Positions 19,901 to 28,842 of a stretch of DNA of 64,000 nucleotides are shown here, in pieces. The stretch is from Candidatus Eiseniibacteriota bacterium. GTDB lineage: Bacteria > Eisenbacteria > RBG-16-71-46 > JABDJR01. The position numbers and the translations under genes are program-made. The DNA lies in NCBI GenBank assembly GCA_963762255.1, contig CAVXKA010000001.1:608001-672000 (forward strand). Reading direction: 5' to 3'. The stretch's first letter is position 1, and each line of letters begins with the position of its first letter. Under the pieces are notes generated by a model. That model saw nothing but the letters and a program-made list of their open reading frames with translations, was not told the origin of the DNA and made no database searches.

Positions 19901-22135
19901 CGCGAGGGGCTCTCCGTCATCGGCTCGGCACCGGCCCTTCTTGCCAAAACCTATCCCACGGTGTTCGATCCCGTCTCGAACTGGCAGGACGCCGGATTTG
20001 TATCCTGGCCTGTCACCGTTACTTCATATAATGTTCCGCACTTCTCCATCGCCTGAAGATCAAGTTGGGTCACGAGAACGATGATCGCAGAAAGATCGGG
20101 GACCCTGAACTCAGTGCACTGATAGGCTTTTCGACGGCTTGGGACATGGGAGATGTTGTCGGAAAGACTGGGGGGCAGATAATCGCCGTCGATGCCGGAT
20201 ACGTGCAAGGTATGCAACACATTCTGGCGCACGAGATAGGACATGGATATGGGTTGCGCGGCGAGTACTATAGCCCTATCGAAGATCCCCCGGGCTGGCG
20301 CGCGGAGGATCACTATCCGCTTGATATTTCCGGGTGTCCGGACCCACTGACCCAATGCAGGAATTACCCCGCCCGAAACCGAAACCAAGGGCTTGTCCAG
20401 GGCCGATACGTCTCGATCGGTTCGTTCGACGTGGAGGCGAAACGCCCCGCCGGATGGGGTTCAACGAACCGCTCTTGCGAGTCCCACCCAGAAAGATGCA
20501 ACCTGGCCATCGATCATGCGACACAGGTTTCCAACCACGCCAATCAATCCCAGGTCCTGCATTGGGATGGATGGGCGGACGCTGTACTCGCCGTCAACGA
20601 TCGCCGCATCGGCTTCATGGGCTCTGCTACCTACGGTGACGGATTCGCCTGGATCACTGACGACGACTACGAGGTGTTGGCCGATCACTTCATCATCTCC
20701 GGACCGTCCAAGCCGGCCCCATCCACCGCCCTCGTCCCCACGAGTGGTGATTTGCTCCAGCTCTGGATGGGGACCGTCATCACCGCCACCGACCAAGTAA
20801 TTCCCTTTGCCTGGCGTATCATCGAGACTGAAATCATCCCGGATTCGCTTCAGGGGACCCAGTACTCCCTGGCATTGCTCGACGCTGGGAGCGAGGTCCT
20901 GGCCTCCTACGGCTTCGACCTCGATTTCTCGGTCGGGGACAGCGTGCTCTTCGCTCCCGCGCTTCCGTTTCCGACCGGAGTCACGGAAGTCCGTATCTCC
21001 AAAGGAGCGCAACTCCTTTACAGTCGGGTGCTCTCGGCCTCCCCCCCCGAAGTCACTATCCTCACTCCCCTGGGGGGCGAGACGCCCGCGGAGAGCCTCA
21101 CGGTGAGCTGGTCGGTCTCGGACACCGACGGTGACGACATCGTCGCGGATGTCTTCCTGTCCCTGAATGGTGGTGCCTCGTGGTCTCTCTTCGCCGCGGA
21201 ATACCCCGAGACGACCCTCACCCTCGCTATGTCCGACCTGCCGGGAACCTCACAGGCCAAGATCCGGATCTCGGTGACGGACGGCATGAGAGTCACGAGC
21301 GCGGACTCCCCCGGCACGTTCACGATCGGGGCCAAGACGCCGATCGCGTTCGTTCTTACCCCGGGGGATAGCACTGAGGTGCTCCAGAGCGACATGATTC
21401 AACTCACTGGAGATGCCACCGACCCCGAAGACGGAATGTTGCCCGATAGCTTGCTTGTCTGGACGGACCCGGTAGCGGGGGCGCTGGGGATCGGACGGCA
21501 TCTCTCGGTCTCCGCGGGCTCTCCGGGCATGCGGACCATCATCCTGACGACCAACGATTTCGAATCGAACACGGCGAGGGATACCTGCCGGGTGACCGTC
21601 CTGGCGGATGTGGATGGGGACGGGATGAGTGACGCGTGGGAGGTGATGTATCCTGGCCTGGATCCGACAGTGTTCGACGGCCAACTGGACCTTGATCACG
21701 ACCGCCTCAGCAATCGCGACGAGTACCGAATCGGTACCGACCCTACCGACATGGATACGGACGGCGACGGCGCGCAAGATGGCCTGGAGGTCGAGCAATC
21801 CACTGACCCTCTCGATCCTAGTGAAACGCCAGTGGGTGTAACAGAGGTCCCACCCCGGCCAGTCCTATCCCTCATGGCCTACCCAAATCCATTCCGGGGC
21901 TATGCTCGGATTCGCTACGTCATTCCCCTATCTTCTACGGCGTCGGTTGACGTGTTTGACATTCGGGGGTCGCCGGCTTGTGTGTTTGGCTCAAGGCCAG
22001 CATTCACCCGGTGAACACGAGGTCAGATGGGACGGCCGGGACGATGCCGGGCGACTCGTCAGCTCCGGAATCTACTTCTACCGGCTTAGGAACGCTGGCA
22101 AGTCGGTGGTTCTCAAGGCAGTCTTCCTGAGATAG
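16931..22135 (+). CDS. Giant secreted protein: Kelch propellers, Ig/CARDB-like, zincin peptidase, DxDGDG Ca-binding repeats, FlgD-Ig C-terminal domain (frameshifts ~20050, ~21970)
   Basis: About 11 Kelch-like repeats (YDxxRxRMIVFGG...NDVW); HILAHEIGHGYGL; DVDGDGMSDAWE, DTDGDG; YPNPF...WDGRDDAGRLVSSGIYFYRL. Confidence 0.8.
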
Positions 22136-22186
22136 TCGGGACGGAGCAATGGAATCATTGCTACCGGAGGATCCATGGAGGTCGAC

Positions 22187-23056
22187 ATGAGGAAGAAGCT
22201 CACCCGTTTCCGCCCGCAGTCCTTCGCCTTGGCTCTTCTCCTGCTGTCCGCGACGACGAAAATGGCGTTCGCTTCTGAGGATCCGGCGATCTGCGGCCTC
22301 CTAGCCCCTGATGAACTCCGCCCCGGAGCCGAACCGGTGAGTGTGATGGTGACCGTGTGCAACGTCGGGGATTCCGTCGGGGAGGCGAATGCCACTTGGC
22401 GGCTCACGGTGGAGATCGACTCATTAGGTACCAGCCCTCCAATCAAGTATGTCTTGGCCGACACCAGCGTGATCGGGCTTCCTGGCCCGGGCGAGTTCAT
22501 CCTCTTCGATCTTCCCGTCAGGGCCCCGGCGTCCGGTCGCGCCGGTTCCTATCGATGGCGTGCCACCCTGATCCCGCTCGACCATATCGCGGACGAGGAC
22601 TTCCAGAACAACAGCGAAGTGGGCACCACGCTGAGGTTGAGGGGCATCGACCTATACGCGATGCACATGGAGGGTCCCGCCGAAGTGGCGGCCGGCGACA
22701 CTGCGGTCGTCTTCTATGCCCTCGCGAACAGGGGCACGGTCACGGCGGGGCCGTTCCGGATTCGCTTTGGATTGGCCCGATCAGCGATTTCAGGAGATGA
22801 CGAGATCGTATGGATGATGGAATCCTCAGATGTTCTTGAGCTGTCTCTGGCCCCTACAATTTTTGTGTTCTCAACTGGGCACGCAGTCATCATCCCGGAG
22901 GATCTTCCGCCTGGAGCATGGGTCTGGATCATCGACCTGGATCCGGACAATGCCGTTGTCGAAGAGGACGAAACCAACAACCGCATGGCCGGGAACGCGA
23001 CCGTCCCGAGCCTTCCCGTCTCCTGGGGAAGCCTGAAGCGCAGGTACGCTCACTGA
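22187..23056 (+). CDS. Secreted CARDB-domain protein with C-terminal VSWGSLKRRY tail
   Basis: Signal peptide; NRGTVTAGPF...DPDNAVVEEDETNN. Confidence 0.75.
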   Translation: MRKKLTRFRPQSFALALLLLSATTKMAFASEDPAICGLLAPDELRPGAEPVSVMVTVCNVGDSVGEANATWRLTVEIDSLGTSPPIKYVLADTSVIGLPGPGEFILFDLPVRAPASGRAGSYRWRATLIPLDHIADEDFQNNSEVGTTLRLRGIDLYAMHMEGPAEVAAGDTAVVFYALANRGTVTAGPFRIRFGLARSAISGDDEIVWMMESSDVLELSLAPTIFVFSTGHAVIIPEDLPPGAWVWIIDLDPDNAVVEEDETNNRMAGNATVPSLPVSWGSLKRRYAH

Positions 23057-23412
23057 TACTACCCTTCTAGCCTGACTGATCCGAGTTCTCCGGAGGGTTG
23101 CCTTGTTCATTTCCGGAGACAGCGTTGGAACATCCTGGCGTTGACAGTGGGCCTCCTCGCATCTGGTCGTCGAACGTACCCGATCGACCTGAGCAGCCGC
23201 CAGTCGATGAATCGGCCGGCCCTGGTGCCGCGCGCGTTGATTGTCACCTGAACGACCAGGGAGACGTTTGTGCCCACTCGACTCAACTGGACATGAACCT
23301 TGTGTCACCCGTGGGCTGTCATAGCTTCCACGGCAGTCCGGGTGGCCCTATATGTGTTTGAAATCAATGGGTTTCAGGGATCGGTCTTGCGGCAGAAGTC
23401 GCACCCAGGCGG

Positions 23413-23475
23413 CGGTTGTGTCCACTCGAAGGGTGGTTTTCGGGTGGATAGGAAACATGCGTCTCCCCCCCTGGA
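23413..23475 (+). repeat. 63-bp direct repeat, copy A
   Basis: CGGTTGTGTCCACTCGAAGGGTGGTTTTCGGGTGGATAGGAAACATGCGTCTCCCCCCCTGGA; 58/63 identical to 25600-25662. Confidence 0.9.
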
Positions 23476-23670
23476 AATCGGGGGGTGAGGTTCAAGGTCA
23501 GACCGACGAGATGGGCGCGAGCGGGAGCCCCTGGTCAAGCATGGGGGACACAAACATATGACTCCCCGGGGGGGGCACCTCCGCAACACGGATGGACGGC
23601 CCCAGACCGGGCCCGGTTGACCCAGTGCCAACCGGGCCCACTCGCTGGATAGGTTACCGGGTTCAGTGCG

Positions 23671-23970
23671 TCAGACGTGCTTCATCGCCTTCTCGATCCC
23701 CGCCTTCATGTCCTCGAGGTTCATCACGGGTGACATCTCGATGGACGCGTTGAGGTTCGTAAAGAACGGCTCCGCTGCCGTCGGAATCATCGATGGGTCT
23801 TTGAGATCGAAGAAGAAGAATGCCGTTCGTCTTCCGCCTTCAGGGCCAAAATAGCAGGACTCCGGCTTCATCTGCTCCACGAATGCCATGACGGTTCTGG
23901 GAAGAATGCCTTCCTTCACCCCTTTGTTGCCAGCCTCGACGGGGATGGATACTTTCATCATCACGCGCAT
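23671..23970 (-). CDS. Conserved small protein (DUF3303-like)
   Basis: MRVMMKVSIPVEAGN...KPESCYF...GRRTA...AEPFF...PVMNLED; GGAGG RBS. Confidence 0.75.
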   Translation of the reverse strand: MRVMMKVSIPVEAGNKGVKEGILPRTVMAFVEQMKPESCYFGPEGGRRTAFFFFDLKDPSMIPTAAEPFFTNLNASIEMSPVMNLEDMKAGIEKAMKHV

Positions 23971-24082
23971 GTGACACCTCCATGGGTTGGTGAATCGCAA
24001 CTCGCTGCGCAGTTGAACGCTGAGGGAAGGTCTGAGCGAGGCGCCGTCCGCTGGATGCCGTTGCTGGGCGCGGGAGCTCCTG

Positions 24083-25468
24083 TCACACCGGCTTGATGTT
24101 CTGGTTCATCCGAAAGAGGTTCGTCGGGTCGTACTTCTTCTTCAGATCCACCAGCCGTTTGTACGCAGCACCGAATGCGAACGCTATGCGATCGGTTTCG
24201 TCCTCGGTCAGGAAGTTGATGTACGCCCCGCCGCTCGCGAACGGCTGTGACTTGCCGAAGAACTCGCGCGCCCAATTGATGCAGCGCTCGTCCTCGGCGG
24301 CCGTCTCCCAGCGACCGTGCACATTCATCACGTAATTCGCATCTCGGTTCGAGTAGGCCATCGCCCCCGGTGCTACGCGGGCTGTCTGGCCGCCGATCGT
24401 GCCGATGAAGATCTCGCACTGCGAGGACGGCAGCATACCGGCGTATGTGATGATGGTGTCGATCGCGCCGTCGCTAAGCTGCGAGAAGTTGTGCGACTTC
24501 CAGTAATTACGCGCGCCCGGCATCAGAAGTGGATCGAAGGCCTGCTGCCATGCCGTGTACGGCTGCACGCCAATGTGCTCGCCGTGCGCCGTGCCGAACT
24601 TGCGCAACGGCTCGATCAATTTCTCCCCCTCAGTTGGGTCGCCCGCATAGCATATAGCGAGCGCCACGATCTCCTTCCCGTGCACAGCCTCGGGCAGGAA
24701 GGGTAGCGGGGGCGCTTTCCGCGTGACCATCCACACGTTGAGGTCGTCCGGCATCGTTTGGGTGAACTCTGCGAATTGCGTGAGCACGGACTTCGCCTGG
24801 CCGAACGGGAAGACGATGAGCCCGCTCAGCACATTCGGCCCGACGGGATGGAGCTGGAACTCGAAGCTGGTGACAATGCCGAAGTTCCCACCACCACCAC
24901 GCAGCCCCCAGAAGAGGTCGGCGTTCTCCATCTCGCTGGCGTGCACCCGCTTGCCATCCGACGTGACTACTTCCGCGGAGAGCAGGCTGTCGACGGTCAT
25001 GCCGTACTTCCGGCTCAACCAGCCAAAGCCGCCGCCGAGCGTCAGCCCGGCTACCCCCGTGGTCGAGTTGATACCCAGCGGCGTTGCGAGGCCATGCACC
25101 TGCGCAGCCGCGTCAAAGTCGGCGAGAGTGCAGCCGGGTTCGACGGTCGCTCTGCGGGCGTTCGGGTCCACCTGGACTCTCTTCATCAGCGAGAGGTCGA
25201 TCATGAGGCCGTCGTCGCAGACGGCATTTCCCGCGATGTTGTGCCCGCCACCCCGGATCGAAACGAGCAGGGCATGCTTGCGGGCGAAGTTGACGGCCTG
25301 GACGACATCCTCAGGCGACGCACAGCGGGCGATCAGCGCGGGGCGGCGGTCGATCATGGCGTTCCAGATCTGGCGCACCTCGTCGTAACTCGCGTCGCCG
25401 GGAAGAAACACCCCCCCGCGGAAGTGCGCTTTGAATTCGTCGATCTTCGCTCTTTCCAACTGCTTCAT
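24083..25468 (-). CDS. FAD-binding oxidoreductase (VAO/berberine-bridge family)
   Basis: RGGGHN, GLTLGGGFG, LFWGLRGGGGNFGIVT, BBE tail YINF...LKKKYDPTNLFRMNQNI. Confidence 0.95.
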   Translation of the reverse strand: MKQLERAKIDEFKAHFRGGVFLPGDASYDEVRQIWNAMIDRRPALIARCASPEDVVQAVNFARKHALLVSIRGGGHNIAGNAVCDDGLMIDLSLMKRVQVDPNARRATVEPGCTLADFDAAAQVHGLATPLGINSTTGVAGLTLGGGFGWLSRKYGMTVDSLLSAEVVTSDGKRVHASEMENADLFWGLRGGGGNFGIVTSFEFQLHPVGPNVLSGLIVFPFGQAKSVLTQFAEFTQTMPDDLNVWMVTRKAPPLPFLPEAVHGKEIVALAICYAGDPTEGEKLIEPLRKFGTAHGEHIGVQPYTAWQQAFDPLLMPGARNYWKSHNFSQLSDGAIDTIITYAGMLPSSQCEIFIGTIGGQTARVAPGAMAYSNRDANYVMNVHGRWETAAEDERCINWAREFFGKSQPFASGGAYINFLTEDETDRIAFAFGAAYKRLVDLKKKYDPTNLFRMNQNIKPV

Positions 25469-25599
25469 GATTGCCTTCCCTCTCTTGCGGCTAATGTGAA
25501 TCGGACTGTAAGCGTCCCGACAGACTCGTGGCGCCTAGCCTTCGCGTGCTCACTGGGTCGCGAGTCAAACAAGACTAATTCTATCCTATTTGGGGGCGC

Positions 25600-25662
25600 C
25601 GGTTGTGTCCACTCGAAGGGCGGTTTTCGAACGGTTAGGAAACATGCGTCTCCCCCCCTGGA
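25600..25662 (+). repeat. 63-bp direct repeat, copy B
   Basis: Matches 23413-23475 with 5 mismatches. Confidence 0.9.
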
Positions 25663-25827
25663 TCAAGCCCGGAGGGGCCGGCGTCGGAGAATCGCTGAAC
25701 GTGAGCAGTGATGCCAGGAATGTGGCGTACCCTGAGGCGACTCGGTTCTTCTGTGCGCTTGATTCTCCGAATTTGCAGCGCATGCTGCTCACGGTTTCTG
25801 AGATGAGCTGAGAAGCGAAAGGGACTC

Positions 25828-27489
25828 ATGGCCGATCACTCGCCGGATCCAATGCGCGTGGCCATAGCGACAATGAGTTGCGTCGTCGGCGCTATCATGA
25901 TCATCTTGGTAGTTCTTCTGGTCCGGACCGTGCTTACCACGACCATTCCATTCGACAACGACGAGGCGAATCACGCTATCGACGGGTGGGAGGTCTATCG
26001 AGCCATCGCTGAGTCTTCACCGAGCGCCCTGGTCCAGGCGGTGCGGAACCAGAGCTTCTACCCGCCGGTAGGGTCCCTCTTCATCGCTGCCGCATATGCC
26101 CTGGCAGGACCCAGTATTGCCGCGAGTCGGATGCCAAGTGTCGTCAGTTTCGCCTGTGTGCTGGTGGGACTCGCATATCTGGTCATGCGCATCGCGGGCA
26201 AGCAAGAACGGAGCTGCGCCCGCAAAGGTGACCGCTGGCTCTCTGTGGCAGGTGCAGCGTTCGCCATTGCCCTGGCCATCAGCAGTCGCGTCTTCGTGCG
26301 CAATAGTGTCCCGTGCATGGCCGAGATGTGCGGGGCGATGTTGGGCCTCCTCTTGATCCTGGTTGCCGATCGCGCGGACGGACTCCCCGATAGACGCTGC
26401 CGGTGGCTTGGTATCATCGCGGCCAGCCTGGTCGCCATCACGATCTTCCTGACGAAGTACTCGTTTGGACTCTTCTTCTTCGCCGGCCTCACTGCGGCCA
26501 TTCTGAGCACGAATTGGCCACGGAGACCGAACCGCCGAGCCTGGGTCGAGGCCAGCGCCACTGTCGCCCTGGGCGCCATTGGCATCGCGGCGTGGGCGCT
26601 TGTCACACACCGGCAGACGATGGCGATGTTCTTCACCGATCACCCGAGTTACGCGCCACTCTGGTCGGAGCGGCACTTGCTGTTCTATCCCCGTCTCTGG
26701 CTGAACGGCTATTCGGCGAACGCGTTCGTCGGCCTCGCGGCCATCCTCCTGGCGATAATCGGTGCGGTTTCATACTGGAGGCGACTTCCGGTACGGGTCG
26801 CTTTCTGGTCTATCTTTGCGGGCTTCGTGGTGCTGGTCATTTCAACGACCGACGAGCCGCGGCACGTCCTCGTGGTGATACCCGCCATCTGGGTGTTGGC
26901 GGGCTTGGGCTTGGCGAGCGCGCTTCGCTGGCTACACCGATTCTCCCGAGGCCGTTTTATGGCCATCGGCCTGCTGGTACTTCTTGTGTCCATGGTCTTC
27001 GGCGGCGAACTTGGCTTCATCAAGGTTCTGCCTAAAGACTTGGCTGCGGAGTTCGAGGGGCTGCCGGTCTATGCCACGATGCAAGACTACGCGTTGGGGC
27101 AGGTCGATCTGGGTCAACCCATCCTGATTGTCGGCACGATCAGCGACCAGAATGGCTTGCTCGCAATGCGATGGCGCGCCGCTGTTCTTGCGCACGAGAG
27201 TCTCTGGAATCTCGACATCGACTACTTTCCATTCGACGAGTGCGAGCACTCCCTCATGCGCACCCATCGCAAGCCGCAGATTGCTACTGTCGACCGGAGC
27301 TTTCCTCGGGACTCACTGTCGGCGGTGCTCGGGCGTGACTACTATCGGTACATTATCGCGATCGACTGCCCCGGCGATCGATGGGTTATGCCCGACGACG
27401 TTCAGGAGGTACTGGGGCGCCAACAGAGCGCCCACCGGGATTTTGACGGCTGGTCAGTGGCGGTATACAAGCTTCAGCGCGAGTCATGA
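25828..27489 (+). CDS. GT-C fold membrane glycosyltransferase (ArnT/PMT family 39-like)
   Basis: N-terminal TM followed by DEANH, YPP, many TM segments, LTKY, EPRH. Confidence 0.75.
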   Translation: MADHSPDPMRVAIATMSCVVGAIMIILVVLLVRTVLTTTIPFDNDEANHAIDGWEVYRAIAESSPSALVQAVRNQSFYPPVGSLFIAAAYALAGPSIAASRMPSVVSFACVLVGLAYLVMRIAGKQERSCARKGDRWLSVAGAAFAIALAISSRVFVRNSVPCMAEMCGAMLGLLLILVADRADGLPDRRCRWLGIIAASLVAITIFLTKYSFGLFFFAGLTAAILSTNWPRRPNRRAWVEASATVALGAIGIAAWALVTHRQTMAMFFTDHPSYAPLWSERHLLFYPRLWLNGYSANAFVGLAAILLAIIGAVSYWRRLPVRVAFWSIFAGFVVLVISTTDEPRHVLVVIPAIWVLAGLGLASALRWLHRFSRGRFMAIGLLVLLVSMVFGGELGFIKVLPKDLAAEFEGLPVYATMQDYALGQVDLGQPILIVGTISDQNGLLAMRWRAAVLAHESLWNLDIDYFPFDECEHSLMRTHRKPQIATVDRSFPRDSLSAVLGRDYYRYIIAIDCPGDRWVMPDDVQEVLGRQQSAHRDFDGWSVAVYKLQRES

Positions 27490-27659
27490 TGTGACAATGA
27501 GTTGCGTGGCGGGGTGCTTTGCAGTCCAAAATGAAGGGGCATAGCCTCATGCGCCCATAGTCGTTTCACAAGGCTCGGAAACTTCCGAAGTCACTTGTAC
27601 CTACTGCAAATCCTATCCTGCCCATCAAGAACAACGTTCTGCAGGTATTCGAAATACTC

Positions 27660-27750
27660 GAGGTTACGCGACATCACTCGGCGCAGATGACTTTCGCTGA
27701 GCACCAGCACATGGTCGAGGCACTCCCTACGAATCGTGCCGATCACCCGC
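27660..27750. mobile_element. Possible short IS/integrase-core element remnant
   Basis: QMTFAEHQHMVEALPTNRADHP resembles a reading frame I recall next to integrase-core transposases; no transposase ORF here. Confidence 0.3.
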
Positions 27751-27971
27751 GGGAGGCGCCATCCGTCCTCCGGGGTCGCGGATCCCTTTCAGGGTGCCCG
27801 GCGACGCACGGCCTCGTCGCCGAAGTACCCGCGGGCCTGATGAACGGCAACCCAGTCGCCAAACTGCGGCGGGCAACGAGTTGGCCGGGTGTGACTCTAC
27901 GTGCAGGGGAGGCAGTCAGGAGCGCAAAGAAACGTTTTGACGTTATGACGTCTTAGCGTCCTCATCCTCCC

Positions 27972-28205
27972 ATGACCAAGCCTCAGAAGAGAGCTACCGT
28001 CTACTTCGACGCTGAGATCCACCGCGTACTGCAGCTCAAAGCTGCGGAGACGGATCGATCGATGTCCGAGTTGGTCAACGACGCGGTGCGCGAGTCGCTC
28101 GTGGAGGATGCCGAGGATCTCGCCGCATTCGAGGAGCGCGCCTCGGAGCGCTCTGTTCGCTTCGCGGACGCGGTCAAGGATCTCAAGCAGCGTGGCAAGC
28201 TATAG
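27972..28205 (+). CDS. CopG/ribbon-helix-helix antitoxin
   Basis: KRATVYFDAEIHRVLQLKAAETDRSMSELVNDAVR...EDAEDLAAFEERA; overlaps the toxin start. Confidence 0.85.
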   Translation: MTKPQKRATVYFDAEIHRVLQLKAAETDRSMSELVNDAVRESLVEDAEDLAAFEERASERSVRFADAVKDLKQRGKL

Positions 28206-28314
28206 CCTTCTCATCAAACGGTCGGCGCTCAAGGAGCTCGTCTGTGAGATCGACGACAAGCGATCCGTCGTGTCCGTGGTCAAGATCGGCCGGCGGAAGG
28301 ATGTCTACCGATAG
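28192..28314 (+). pseudogene. RelE/ParE toxin with large in-frame internal deletion (40 aa left)
   Basis: MASYSLLIKRSALKEL joined directly to VCEIDD...VVSVVKIGRRKDVYR; central R-x-R-x-G-x-YR region absent. Confidence 0.8.
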
Positions 28315-28324
28315 CCTTACCCGG

Positions 28325-28771
28325 TCACGGCACCGTGATCGTCGTGTCGAGCCCGGAGAGGCACGATCCGCTCTGGCCCGCCCGGCTCTCGAAGAGCACG
28401 CGCAGCTCGCCGACTCCCTCACCGACGAAGCGGAACGAGTTCTCGAACGGGCAGATGCACCGGCATGCGTAGAGCGTGTCCACCACCGCGATGGTGAGGA
28501 CGCCGGCGTCGTAGGTCACCTGCTCCGTGAACTCCGGACAGCAGTTGGCCTCGAAGCGGATCCAAATGACGAGTGTGTCCTCGATCGCTTCGACGTTCGT
28601 GAGGCTGGCCCCTTCGAGGCATTCCTCGATGCCGCCCCTGCTGGCCACGCACCCATAGTCGGTGTGTCCAAGAAATTCCATGGAGTTCGGGCGCGTCTCA
28701 TCATCGTTGCAGGCGCCCAGTACAACGACGAAGACGGCGAGCAGCGCGTGGAGCGCTTTCGTGCTTCGCAT
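28325..28771 (-). CDS. Cys-rich lipoprotein
   Basis: Lipobox VLGA-C; ANCC...CRCICP motif. Confidence 0.75.
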   Translation of the reverse strand: MRSTKALHALLAVFVVVLGACNDDETRPNSMEFLGHTDYGCVASRGGIEECLEGASLTNVEAIEDTLVIWIRFEANCCPEFTEQVTYDAGVLTIAVVDTLYACRCICPFENSFRFVGEGVGELRVLFESRAGQSGSCLSGLDTTITVP

Positions 28772-28842
28772 GGCGGAACCTCCCGGGCTCCCCGAGGGGG
28801 GGGCTCGACTCGATCTACGAGTCCATTGTACCCGGGTGCTCC

